Assembly (NCBI GenBank): GCA_903821745.1
Contig: CAIJMI010000004.1
Span: 85,542 to 149,541 of the forward strand
DNA length: 64,000 bases
From: Candidatus Gottesmanbacteria bacterium
GTDB taxonomy: Bacteria > Patescibacteriota > Microgenomatia > UBA10105 > UBA927
Direction of reading: 5' to 3'
The notes beneath the pieces are model-generated. The model was not told the DNA's origin and did not search any database. It worked only from the letters and a program-made list of their open reading frames with translations. How positions within the stretch are numbered: the stretch's first letter is position 1; each line of letters begins with the position of its first letter. Shown one piece after another: positions 47,228-56,937 of this stretch. Both the position numbers and the translations under genes were made by a program.

Positions 47228-48444
47228 AGTAAATGATATTTTTTATCCATCGCATTCGCCATTTCGATTGCCTTAGTTACTGCAATATCAGAATTCATGT
47301 GCTCCCATTCTCCCCAGCGACCCAAACCGAATATTTGTTTATTGGAGAAGTAGGTCAAAATCATTTTTGTTGCTTCTAATTTCTTTATTGTGTTTAAGGG
47401 GTATGCAAATGTATTTATCCAGAATGGTTGATGTCGTGTAGAATGAAGTTCAGCCCTTTTTTTATTTGTTTCAGTCCAATAACCACGCGCGTTGGTACAA
47501 AAATTTGAACGATAAAGACACCTATGATATGAAACTGATTTGTTTGGAACGTATGTCCACTGTGCGTGAGTCTGTATCTGTTCGGGATAATAGGAAACTC
47601 TAATAGAGGAGTATTGTAAAGAATCGATTGCCTGATAAATATCATCAGGAATGGACGGTAAAAAATTAACCACCCTCCAAGGAATTGTCGTGATGATGAA
47701 TGATCCATGATATTTTCCGTTGATTATTTTGTTGTGTACATGTATTGATTCGATGGGTTCGTTATATCTTATTTTATTTCCCAATTTTTTTGCCATCCGT
47801 TTCCATACCTCTCCGAAGCCAAAATTTTTCGGATAATAAAATAGTGCATGTGCAGGTATAGCTACTTTGGATTTTTTTTGTAAATAACTCAGCACAATTT
47901 CTTTGGATGAAGACTTAGGTAATTTATTTAGCCAGTACGTACCCATCGTTTTGAGGTTAACAGACCAAACCTTTTCATTATATGGAATCATATAATCTCG
48001 TGCGATTTGATTACCAAATTTCCAAATGATCCAATCTTTAAAATTTTCAGGTTTGGGTTTACCAAAAACACTACCAGCCGTAAGAATTGAATATAGGTAG
48101 CGCAACTGGTTTCTGATAGAGAACTGCCAAATGTTTGATTCGAAGGGGTAATCAATTTCGGACTTGTCTAACCTGATAGTCGAAACCCGATGGTATTGTC
48201 TCCATTCGGCTTTAGGCATAAATTGAAAAATAAACGCTAAGGCTTTTCGATTTTTAACTTCTAAAAAATGCCCCCCTCCGATATCTAGGGGACTGCCGTC
48301 TACCACTTTGCTTTTACATAGCCCGCCCGCCTCCTGGTCTTTCTCAAGAACAAGAAATGAGGTTTCCCCTAGCGCTAATAGTCTATTGGCAAAGGTTAAA
48401 CCAGCGGGACCAGCTCCCAAAATAATATATTTAAAGTTTTCCAT
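47224..48444 (-). CDS. FAD-dependent oxidoreductase, UDP-galactopyranose mutase-like
   Basis: N-terminal dinucleotide fold ILGAGPAGL; YNEKVWS motif resembling UGM YTEKQWG; operon with GT2/GT-C genes. Confidence 0.45.
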   Translation of the reverse strand: MENFKYIILGAGPAGLTFANRLLALGETSFLVLEKDQEAGGLCKSKVVDGSPLDIGGGHFLEVKNRKALAFIFQFMPKAEWRQYHRVSTIRLDKSEIDYPFESNIWQFSIRNQLRYLYSILTAGSVFGKPKPENFKDWIIWKFGNQIARDYMIPYNEKVWSVNLKTMGTYWLNKLPKSSSKEIVLSYLQKKSKVAIPAHALFYYPKNFGFGEVWKRMAKKLGNKIRYNEPIESIHVHNKIINGKYHGSFIITTIPWRVVNFLPSIPDDIYQAIDSLQYSSIRVSYYPEQIQTHAQWTYVPNKSVSYHRCLYRSNFCTNARGYWTETNKKRAELHSTRHQPFWINTFAYPLNTIKKLEATKMILTYFSNKQIFGLGRWGEWEHMNSDIAVTKAIEMANAMDKKYHLL

Positions 48445-48587
48445 AAATATTTATTGCACTATAAATACAGACAACTTTGTTGTATCTCTCTAGAGAAGTG
48501 TACTATGTTAATGTGTAAAACTGAAGCGTCGTCAAATAAATCGAGTTCTTACTTCAATTTAGAAACTTTGTAGTATATACTGATTGT

Positions 48588-49106
48588 ATGGATGAAACGT
48601 CTGCCCCAGAAACACCAAATGTGAAAGAAGAGGTGTATGTCACCTGGACATCTCCGTCCCGCTTGTTTAAAAGGCGGAACAAAGAATATTTTACCAATAT
48701 TGGGGCAATTGTTTTTCTTCTTGTGGTCATACTTATATTTGCAAGAGAGTTTGTGTTAGTAGCCGCCGTACTTTCCATCGTATTTTTGATTTATGTGTTA
48801 TCAACGGTTCCACCTGAGGATGTTACGCATAGATTGACGAATTTGGGCATTGAAAGCACTGGCCATTTTTATCATTGGGAGGAGCTTGCAGAATTTTGGT
48901 TTGAAGAACAATGGGGACAGATGCTTTTGATTTTACAACCAAGACTGGGACCACGGATTATTATATTACTTGGACAGCTGGATAAGAAGAAAATACAAGA
49001 AATAGCGGAAAAACATATACCATTTCGTGAACAGCCGGATAAGTCATGGGTGGAAAATGCAGCCTCATGGCTTTCTAAAAAAGTTCCTCTGGAAAAGCCA
49101 CAGTGA
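48588..49106 (+). CDS. Hypothetical membrane protein
   Basis: Two adjacent TM helices (residues ~40-85), no motif. Confidence 0.3.
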   Translation: MDETSAPETPNVKEEVYVTWTSPSRLFKRRNKEYFTNIGAIVFLLVVILIFAREFVLVAAVLSIVFLIYVLSTVPPEDVTHRLTNLGIESTGHFYHWEELAEFWFEEQWGQMLLILQPRLGPRIIILLGQLDKKKIQEIAEKHIPFREQPDKSWVENAASWLSKKVPLEKPQ

Positions 49107-49145
49107 TGGCCTCAATCTCAATTTCGTAGTAAAATGCATCCATTG

Positions 49146-49217
49146 GCTCCTGTAGTTTAACGGATAGAATAGGGGTTTGCGGAACCTCTGATCGCAGTTC
49201 GATTCTGCGCGGGAGCG
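49146..49217 (+). tRNA. tRNA-Arg (anticodon GCG, tentative)
   Basis: Cloverleaf: acceptor GCUCCUG/CGGGAGC (one G-U), anticodon stem GGGGU/ACCUC loop UUGCGGA, T-arm CGCAG-UUCGAUU-CUGCG. Confidence 0.6.
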
Positions 49218-49226
49218 CAAAAAGTT

Positions 49227-49312
49227 GGAGGATTAGCCAAGTGGTTTACGGCGACAGTCTCGAAAACTGTTCTCCCGAAAGGGAGGCGCAGGTTCGAATC
49301 CTGCATCCTCCG
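49227..49312 (+). tRNA. tRNA-Ser (anticodon CGA)
   Basis: Acceptor GGAGGAU/AUCCUCC, anticodon stem ACAGU/ACUGU loop CUCGAAA, long variable arm, T-loop UUCGAAU. Confidence 0.8.
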
Positions 49313-49346
49313 CATAAAAAAGGAGCGAAAATAACAAAGGAGGCAT

Positions 49347-49766
49347 ATGAAAATAACAATTTGCGGAAGCATGCAGTTTTATCAGGAAATGAAAGCTATT
49401 AAAGATGGGCTTGAAATTTTGGGTCATGATGTATTAGTTCCAAAAGAAGTAGAAGATAATACTATTCCCATTGAGGCGTTACCAGGGACAACAGATGAAG
49501 AAAAAATTACCGCTAAAATAGAATACGATTTTATCCGTGAGCACTTTTTTAAGATCCAGGTGTCAGAGGCAATTTTGATTTTAAACTATGAGAAAAAAGG
49601 GATTCCTGGATATATTGGTGGCAATACATTTTTGGAAATGGGGTATGCTTTTGGATTTGGAAAGAAAATTTATCTCATGTTTCCCATACCGAAGACGGAA
49701 TATTCTGTTGAAATGTTCTCTATGCAGCCAATAGTGATTGATGGGGATATTACAAAAATTAAATAA
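49347..49766 (+). CDS. Nucleoside 2-deoxyribosyltransferase-like (Rossmann-like) protein
   Basis: 139 aa; N-terminal MKITICGSM and GNTFLEMGYAFGFGKKIY motif resemble NDT/LOG-like fold; flanked by tRNA genes. Confidence 0.4.
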   Translation: MKITICGSMQFYQEMKAIKDGLEILGHDVLVPKEVEDNTIPIEALPGTTDEEKITAKIEYDFIREHFFKIQVSEAILILNYEKKGIPGYIGGNTFLEMGYAFGFGKKIYLMFPIPKTEYSVEMFSMQPIVIDGDITKIK

Positions 49767-49772
49767 AAGTAA

Positions 49773-49844
49773 GCTTCTGTAGTTCAATGGATAGAACGCG
49801 GCCCTCCGGAGGCTGTAATTGCAGTTCGACTCTGCACAGGAGCG
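49773..49844 (+). tRNA. tRNA-Arg (anticodon CCG)
   Basis: Acceptor GCUUCUG/CAGGAGC, D-arm GUUC..GAAC, anticodon stem CGGCC/GGCUG loop CUCCGGA, T-arm UGCAG-UUCGACU-CUGCA. Confidence 0.7.
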
Positions 49845-50118
49845 CACATCGTTTGTTGTAATAGGGAATTTAATTTCCAATGGTTGCCACAGTGAGTTCT
49901 GTTGCCGCAAATGCTGTACCAACAAGAAATACTGATGTCATTATTTCTACAAAAAAATATGACGTTGAGAAGACTGCAAAATGGTTTCAATATTTTGTTT
50001 AAATGATGCTGTTGTTCTGCCTAAAGAAGAGAAATAACGATAAGGGCAATAAATGCGGGGATTTATTGGATATACTCCGATTATGTTGCAAGGATGATAT
50101 AATTCGATAAGTTTTCTT

Positions 50119-50206
50119 GGAGGAGTCGCCTAGTTGGTTTATGGCGCAGACCTGGAAAGTCTGTTTGGGGGCAACCTCATCGCAGGTTCGAATCCTGTCT
50201 CCTCCG
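50119..50206 (+). tRNA. tRNA-Ser (anticodon GGA)
   Basis: Acceptor GGAGGAG/CUCCUCC, anticodon stem CAGAC/GUCUG loop CUGGAAA, long variable arm, T-loop UUCGAAU. Confidence 0.8.
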
Positions 50207-50299
50207 CACAAGATACACTTCGTGTTATTTCAAGGAGAATAAAAATAATCAAACATTGCATAGTCGTGGTACGATGACGACTAAGAAGGAATAGTAAAG

Positions 50300-50935
50300 C
50301 TATTTTTTTAATTTGTGCTTCACAGCCTCGACCACCATTGGAATGACAGAAACTAAAACAATGGCAATAATTACTAAGGAGAAATTATGTTTGATAGATG
50401 GGATATTTCCAAAGAAAAAGCCAGCAAGAATAAATAAAGAGACCCACATAATGCCACCCGCAATATCAAAAGGTAAAAATGTTTTATAATTCATTTTTCC
50501 AATACCCGCAACAAATGGGGTGAATGTTCGGACAATGGGAACAAAACGAGCAAGGATAATAGTTTTCTTGCCATATTTTTCAAAGAACCGTTGTGTTTTT
50601 TCAATATGTTCTTTCTGAATAGGAATTTTTGGATTCTCGATCATTTTTTGCCCAAAAAAATGCCCTATCCAATAGTTGGAATTATCACCAATAATAGCTG
50701 CCAGGATCATGAGGGGGAGAATAAGCCAAATATTAAATGATCCAAGTGCTGCCATAGCTCCCGTTGCAAATAGCAGTGAGTCTCCAGGAAGAAAAGGTGT
50801 TAGCACCAGCCCAGTTTCAATAAAAATAATACCAAAGATAATTGCATAGGTTGCTGTTCCATAGGTGGCAAGCAGTTGCACAAGGTGGGTGTCAATATGC
50901 AAAATAAAGCTCACAAGGTTCATGATGATATCCAT
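50300..50935 (-). CDS. DedA/SNARE-associated family membrane protein
   Basis: LTPFLPGDSLLFATGAMAA motif and 4-5 TM helices. Confidence 0.75.
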   Translation of the reverse strand: MDIIMNLVSFILHIDTHLVQLLATYGTATYAIIFGIIFIETGLVLTPFLPGDSLLFATGAMAALGSFNIWLILPLMILAAIIGDNSNYWIGHFFGQKMIENPKIPIQKEHIEKTQRFFEKYGKKTIILARFVPIVRTFTPFVAGIGKMNYKTFLPFDIAGGIMWVSLFILAGFFFGNIPSIKHNFSLVIIAIVLVSVIPMVVEAVKHKLKK

Positions 50936-50981
50936 AGAGTTTGATTATACGAAAAAACGAATTATGTGTATACTCACAGGT

Positions 50982-52217
50982 ATGGATAATTTCAATGTAG
51001 GTGTCATTGGGGGTGGGGCAGCAGGCATCATGGCAGCCTTATCCGTGAAAAAGCATCATCCCGAAAAATCCGTTATTTTGATAGACCGAACGTTTGAGCT
51101 AGGACGAAAATTGCTTATTGCAGGAGCTGGAAGAGGGAATCTCACCAATAAGAATCTTCAAAAAGATCCGACGGAGTATATTCACGGACCCAAAGCGTTG
51201 ATACAACACATATTCCAACAATTGGGATATCAGGATATTGTGACGTTTTTTCAAGATATAGGAATTACCCTGTATGAAGAGCAAAAGACTGGAAGAGGAA
51301 AAATGTTTCCGAGTATTGATCATGCCAAAACGGTGCGGGATATTTTAGTTGATGAGCTTACCACGAACCATGTTGTTGTTCAGGTAAATACTGAGGTGCA
51401 ATCTATGACTTATGCTGGAACAGCATGGAACATACAAACAACCAATGGCCCAGTGCAAGTACAAGATTGTATTCTTTCTTGTGGAGGAAAAACCTATCCA
51501 TCGCTCGGATCAAACGGATCAGGATACGAGTTAGCCCGAAGTATCGGACACACCATTATTGAACCGATTCCAAGCGCGGTTCCTTTAGTGTCAAAAAATA
51601 CGCTCTCTCACCTTCTGCAAGGGGAAAAATTAGGAATGCAGGTAACTAGTGAAGATGGCGTATCTATGATTGGCGATGTTTTGTTTACTCAATATGGTCT
51701 TTCAGGTTCTGCAATTCTGGATATGAGCAGGAATATTTCTATCGCATTGCATCGTCATCATCAAACACAGGTGGTTATAAAACTATCATTTTTCCCTGGT
51801 AAAACAGAACGAGACATACGACAAGTATTAGAAGAACGATGGAAAAGTCATGAAGATCAATTAGTTGCCCGAAGTTTGTGGGGACTCGTAACAACAAAAG
51901 TTGCGGGAGCGGTATGCGCAGTTTCAGAAATCCCAAAAGATAAAACAGTGGGAAATATGACAATGGAAGAAAAGAACAGAGTAATACAAACGCTTTCTTC
52001 ATATGAATGTAGAATTACGGATACGCGAGGATGGAATGAGGCTGAATTTTCAACTGGAGGTGTGGTGGCGGATGAAGTAGATGATAGAACTCTTGCGTCT
52101 AAAAAAGTTTCGCATTTATATATCGCAGGAGAACTCTTGGATGTTGATGGTGACGTCGGCGGATTTAATTTGTCTTGGGCATGGGCCTCCGGATGGGTGG
52201 CCGGAAAATTACAATAA
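50982..52217 (+). CDS. HI0933-like (BaiN/aminoacetone oxidase family) NAD(P)/FAD-dependent flavoprotein
   Basis: Start set at MDNFNVGVIGGGAAGIMAA (dinucleotide-binding motif) to remove overlap with dedA; HI0933-family length and pattern. Confidence 0.7.
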   Translation: MDNFNVGVIGGGAAGIMAALSVKKHHPEKSVILIDRTFELGRKLLIAGAGRGNLTNKNLQKDPTEYIHGPKALIQHIFQQLGYQDIVTFFQDIGITLYEEQKTGRGKMFPSIDHAKTVRDILVDELTTNHVVVQVNTEVQSMTYAGTAWNIQTTNGPVQVQDCILSCGGKTYPSLGSNGSGYELARSIGHTIIEPIPSAVPLVSKNTLSHLLQGEKLGMQVTSEDGVSMIGDVLFTQYGLSGSAILDMSRNISIALHRHHQTQVVIKLSFFPGKTERDIRQVLEERWKSHEDQLVARSLWGLVTTKVAGAVCAVSEIPKDKTVGNMTMEEKNRVIQTLSSYECRITDTRGWNEAEFSTGGVVADEVDDRTLASKKVSHLYIAGELLDVDGDVGGFNLSWAWASGWVAGKLQ

Positions 52218-52237
52218 AAGAATAGTACAATAGAGGT

Positions 52238-52708
52238 ATGATCACCTGTACGTTTGAAAATGGAAATACAAATTCTTTGCGCCATGTTGTGGTTCATATG
52301 ATTGTGGAAAAAGACGGATGTCTGCTTTTGGAAAAACGCGATGGGCCAATTCTCGAAACAGGAAAATGGAGTATACCCGCTGGATTTTTGGAACGGGATG
52401 AAACTGCCGCGCAGTGTGCAATCCGGGAACTTAAAGAAGAGACGGGATGGGATGGGGAAGTGATAAAACTTTTTAAAATTAATACGGATCCTCACCGGCC
52501 ACATGAAGATAGACAAAACATCACCATTGAATTTTTAGTAAAACCAATAAAGAAAACCGGAGACAAGGATTGGGAGTCATCAAAGGTTGAGTGGATTCCG
52601 ATTGAGAAATTGCTGCCGTTTGAAGAATATGCATTTGATCACGGAGAGACCATTAGGCAATACTTGGAATATAAGAAAAACCCATTTCCATTACCAATTC
52701 TTCTCTAA
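52238..52708 (+). CDS. NUDIX hydrolase
   Basis: Nudix box GKWSIPAGFLERDETAAQCAIRELKEETG. Confidence 0.75.
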   Translation: MITCTFENGNTNSLRHVVVHMIVEKDGCLLLEKRDGPILETGKWSIPAGFLERDETAAQCAIRELKEETGWDGEVIKLFKINTDPHRPHEDRQNITIEFLVKPIKKTGDKDWESSKVEWIPIEKLLPFEEYAFDHGETIRQYLEYKKNPFPLPILL

Positions 52709-52775
52709 CGGTTGTTATTTTTGCATTTTGTGATATTCTTTAAGCCACGAGTTGTGTATCTTAGGTTTTTGAGGA

Positions 52776-54563
52776 GTGTCACGTATGGGCGATGCAGATG
52801 AAGTCAAATCACGATTAAACATTGTCGATATTATTGGCGAAAAAGTAATACTTAAAAAATCCGGTCGTAACTTCAAAGGATTATGTCCCTTCCATAATGA
52901 GAAAACACCATCCTTTATGGTGTCTCCTGATCGTCAAGTATTTCATTGTTTTGGATGTGGGAAAGGCGGATCGGTTATCGATTTTATCATGGAATATGAA
53001 CACGTGGAATTTCCTGAAGCCCTAGAAGAGTTAGCGTCGCGTGCAGGAGTAACGTTATCAACCGTTAAAAGTGAATCTCCCGAGAGAAAATTGAAAGAAG
53101 AATTGTATGAAATGAACGCGCTTGCAAGTGATTTTTATCAATATCTGCTCGTTAAACATCCGCTAGGAGAAAAAGCACTGTTATATTTAAAAAATCGAGG
53201 CATTACAGATAAATCGATAAAGACATTTGGCATTGGATATAGTCCCAATAGTTGGGAAGCGTTATATCAGTTTTTAAAAAAGAAAAAATATTCGGATGAT
53301 TTGATTGAAAAGGCAGGATTAGCACTTCATGGAAATCGGGGATTGTATGATCGGTTTCGCGGTCGTCTCATGTTTACGCTCCATGACCATCGGGGAAATG
53401 TTGTCGGATTTTCCGGACGGGTGCTCAATCCAACAATAAAAGACGCAAAATATATTAATACATCGGAGACCCCGGTATATAGTAAAAGCAATGTATTGTT
53501 TGGTCTTGATGTCACGCATGAGGCAATCGCCAAGGCAAATGAAGCAATTCTTATGGAAGGGGAAATTGATGCAATTTCTTCATTTCAGGCAGGGGTTTCA
53601 AATGTTGTTGCGATTAAAGGATCAGCGCTGACTGAAGGTCATGTTCATCTTCTTAAACGGTATACAGAACGGATTATTTTTTCACTTGATAGTGATATGG
53701 CAGGGGATGCTGCATCAAGACGAGGTATTGATATCGCAGAGCGTGCGGGGCTGGATATGAAAGTTGCGGTGATGCCCGTTGGAAAAGACCCAGATGAAGC
53801 TGTGCGCGAAGATCCTGTAGGATTTAAAAAAGCAATGAAAAACGCAGTTCCTATTTATGATTATTTTATTACCTCTGCAGTGAAACGATTTGACACAAAA
53901 ACTGCGTTTGGAAAAAAGAAAGCGAGTGAAGAATTATTGCCGATACTTTCAAAAATAGAAAATAGTATTGTGCAGGGACATTACATCAAAAAAGTTGCAC
54001 AAGCGCTCGATGTTTCAGAAGATATTGTTGTTGACGGAGTAAAAAAAGTCAAACAACCAGTAAGTTCATTTCGAGATCAGATAGTTCCAGAAAAAACGAA
54101 AGAAAGTTTTGCCATTTCAGGACCGGAACGGTTGGAGCTGTATTGTTTAGGATTAATGCTTCAAGGAGACACACGAACACTCTATGCGGAGTTTACACAG
54201 GTTGTTGCACCGGGTGATATGAAACATATGGGAGTGCGGAGAATTGTTGAAGCGCTGATTCCGTATATGAAAAATGATTCTTCCTTTGAAGTTGCGGATT
54301 TTGCAAAAGTGCTTTCCAAAGAATTACTTCCAGTTTTGGATGAAGCATATCTGTGGGATATTTCGGTAAGTACAGAAAACAGTGAATTCTTTACGAAAGA
54401 ATGGGTTAGAACTCTGAAAGAGGTAAGAAAAAGTATCTTAAAACGGAAGATGCGGGAGGTGGCAGATAGAATACGGACAACGTCTGAACAGGAAGCAGAA
54501 GTCATCCAGGAAGAATTGGCAAAATTAGCTTCAGAATATGCGCTTCTGGAAAAAACCAGCTGA
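52776..54563 (+). CDS. dnaG: DNA primase
   Basis: N-terminal Zn ribbon CPFHNEKTPSFMV...HCFGCG, TOPRIM EGEIDAIS..D.D; followed by rpoD. Confidence 0.9.
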   Translation: MSRMGDADEVKSRLNIVDIIGEKVILKKSGRNFKGLCPFHNEKTPSFMVSPDRQVFHCFGCGKGGSVIDFIMEYEHVEFPEALEELASRAGVTLSTVKSESPERKLKEELYEMNALASDFYQYLLVKHPLGEKALLYLKNRGITDKSIKTFGIGYSPNSWEALYQFLKKKKYSDDLIEKAGLALHGNRGLYDRFRGRLMFTLHDHRGNVVGFSGRVLNPTIKDAKYINTSETPVYSKSNVLFGLDVTHEAIAKANEAILMEGEIDAISSFQAGVSNVVAIKGSALTEGHVHLLKRYTERIIFSLDSDMAGDAASRRGIDIAERAGLDMKVAVMPVGKDPDEAVREDPVGFKKAMKNAVPIYDYFITSAVKRFDTKTAFGKKKASEELLPILSKIENSIVQGHYIKKVAQALDVSEDIVVDGVKKVKQPVSSFRDQIVPEKTKESFAISGPERLELYCLGLMLQGDTRTLYAEFTQVVAPGDMKHMGVRRIVEALIPYMKNDSSFEVADFAKVLSKELLPVLDEAYLWDISVSTENSEFFTKEWVRTLKEVRKSILKRKMREVADRIRTTSEQEAEVIQEELAKLASEYALLEKTS

Positions 54564-54648
54564 GACTGGTATAATGCTGTTTATCCAAGCGAAGTTCATT
54601 GTTTATTGATTGTTCAATCATTTATAAACAGGGACTCACGGTACATCT

Positions 54649-55737
54649 ATGACAAAGCCAAAAACTATTGCTAGTGCTGAAGAACTTCTTAAAGAAGGAA
54701 AAGAAAACGGTTTTATCTCCCAGGAAGACATTCTCTTTTTATACCCCAAACCAGAAGATCATATCGTTGATATTGATCACTTATATGATAAATTGATCCG
54801 CGCAGGCATTGATGTCTTCGAAACAACATCAGCAGATGTTGAAAAAGAAGCAGGAAAAAGTATTGAAGAGCTTGAAAAAGAGATTGAATCTCTTGTGACA
54901 TCAAGTGCGGAACCTGTATCAGATCCAGTACGCATGTATTTAAAAGAAATCGGTCGTATTCCACTTTTGAAATTTGAAGATGAAATATACCTTGCAAAGC
55001 GGTATGAAAAAGGAGACAAAAAAGCAAAGAAAAAATTAACAGAATCCAATCTTCGGCTCGTGGTGTCCATTGCCAAAAAATATATCGGCCGTGGGATGAG
55101 TTTACTGGATTTGATTCAAGAAGGAAATCAAGGACTGATTCGGGCTGTAGAAAAATATGATTGGCGCAAAGGATATAAATTTTCAACGTACGCAACATGG
55201 TGGATTAGACAGGCAATAACCCGGGCAATAGCTGACCAGGCACGTACCATTCGTATTCCCGTTCATATGGTAGAAACCATTAATCGATTTGCACGCATTT
55301 CCCGTCGACTGATGCAAGATCTTGGTCGGGAACCGTTTCCTGAAGAAATTGCCAAAGCAATGGAAGTGGATGTGACAAAAGTGCGTGAGATTATGAAAGT
55401 TTCTCAGGAACCAACCAGTCTTGAAACACCCGTTGGTGATGAAGAAGATAGCCATCTTGGAGATTTTATTTCAGATCCAGGACCAACTCCTTATGATCAA
55501 ACAAGCAAACAGCTGTTGAAAGAACATATGGAAGAAGTGTTAACAACACTTTCAGATCGTGAGAAAAAAGTGTTGATTTTACGGTTTGGTCTTGAAGATG
55601 GAAAGCCAAGAACATTGGAAGAAGTGGGTGCTATGTTTGGAGTTACCCGTGAACGTATTAGACAAATTGAGGCAAAAGCATTGAGAAAACTTCGTCATCC
55701 GTCACGGAGTAAAAAGCTAAAAGATTACCTCGAGTAA
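54649..55737 (+). CDS. rpoD: RNA polymerase primary sigma factor sigma-70
   Basis: Region 2.1-2.4 ([44 protein letters not shown]), region 3 and 4 HTH ([30 protein letters not shown]). Confidence 0.9.
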   Translation: MTKPKTIASAEELLKEGKENGFISQEDILFLYPKPEDHIVDIDHLYDKLIRAGIDVFETTSADVEKEAGKSIEELEKEIESLVTSSAEPVSDPVRMYLKEIGRIPLLKFEDEIYLAKRYEKGDKKAKKKLTESNLRLVVSIAKKYIGRGMSLLDLIQEGNQGLIRAVEKYDWRKGYKFSTYATWWIRQAITRAIADQARTIRIPVHMVETINRFARISRRLMQDLGREPFPEEIAKAMEVDVTKVREIMKVSQEPTSLETPVGDEEDSHLGDFISDPGPTPYDQTSKQLLKEHMEEVLTTLSDREKKVLILRFGLEDGKPRTLEEVGAMFGVTRERIRQIEAKALRKLRHPSRSKKLKDYLE

Positions 55738-55767
55738 CCGTCTCCCTTAAAAAATGGAAAAATCCTT

Positions 55768-56922
55768 ATGATAGATCATTACCAACCCTTTTTATTTCCC
55801 TTTTTTAGCTTCCACTCATCGGTGCCCAGTCCACTGGTTACGCGGTATTATTACTGGTCATGGGAAGACGGTTTATGGGATTTGCTTCGCGCAAAAAAAG
55901 TAGAAAAAGGGAGTACACTTTTAGTTCCCAATTTTTATTGTTCTGACGTTATTGAAAATATGCGGGTACATGGGTATACCGTTGTTACATATCGGTTGGA
56001 TCAACATTTTCAGGTGAAACAACAAACACTGCAAAATAGCATACGAAAATATCACCCTGCCGTTGTCGTTTTATTTCATGCATGTGGTATGACAAATCCG
56101 GTAGTAAATAAAAAAACCTATATAGAGCGCATAACGAAAAAATCCATACTTCTCGAAGACTGTGTGCACCAGTTGCTTGATCCGTCAGTAGTTAAACCTG
56201 TGAATGATAGCCATTTTTTAATGGATAGCCTACGGAAGGTGAGTCCGTTCTATGGCAGTTTTTTGTACGGTACAAAAAAAGGAATGCAGTTTCAACAAAC
56301 GAGTAAACGGTTGTCACTCTATACGATGAAAACATCGTTTCTTTATGTGTTATTTAGGGGAATACTTCAGGCTGCACATATTTTTAAAAAACCATCACTT
56401 GCACTCTTTGCGCACGAACAACTTTTAAAAAGACATGACACCATTATTGGTGATGGAATTGCACATCAGGGAATGCCACTTACTGCATGGATGATGCAGT
56501 GGATGAATAGGGAAAAGTTAGAACGGGTGAAGCGGGAACAGGTAAAATGGTATGAACATATGTTGACGCCGATTTATAAAAAATCCTCACCGTTTTACAG
56601 AATAAAAATAAAACGGACTGATTTTGGAAAACTTCATGTCTATCCGGTCGGCATGAAAAAGAAAGCAGATAAGGAATTATTAGACTTCTTAAAAGAAAAA
56701 GATATTATTGTTTTTCCCAAATTTGCAGACAGTGAGTGGGCAAAAAAACGGGATGTACTCTTTTTCCCTTTAGGATTTCATATGGACAAAAACAAAATTA
56801 AAATAATTGCAAAAACATTGTTATCTTTAAAAACCGGGGAATACAAGCAGGCAAAAGTTCCAGTAAAAAGTATATCACCACATCTACTTGTTCGGGCAGC
56901 AGAGCTTATCCTTTCATTCTAA
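55768..56922 (+). CDS. Hypothetical protein
   Basis: 384 aa ORF downstream of rpoD, no confident motif (weak resemblance to aminotransferase-like fold). Confidence 0.3.
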   Translation: MIDHYQPFLFPFFSFHSSVPSPLVTRYYYWSWEDGLWDLLRAKKVEKGSTLLVPNFYCSDVIENMRVHGYTVVTYRLDQHFQVKQQTLQNSIRKYHPAVVVLFHACGMTNPVVNKKTYIERITKKSILLEDCVHQLLDPSVVKPVNDSHFLMDSLRKVSPFYGSFLYGTKKGMQFQQTSKRLSLYTMKTSFLYVLFRGILQAAHIFKKPSLALFAHEQLLKRHDTIIGDGIAHQGMPLTAWMMQWMNREKLERVKREQVKWYEHMLTPIYKKSSPFYRIKIKRTDFGKLHVYPVGMKKKADKELLDFLKEKDIIVFPKFADSEWAKKRDVLFFPLGFHMDKNKIKIIAKTLLSLKTGEYKQAKVPVKSISPHLLVRAAELILSF

Positions 56923-56937
56923 CTCATTGAGTGATCG

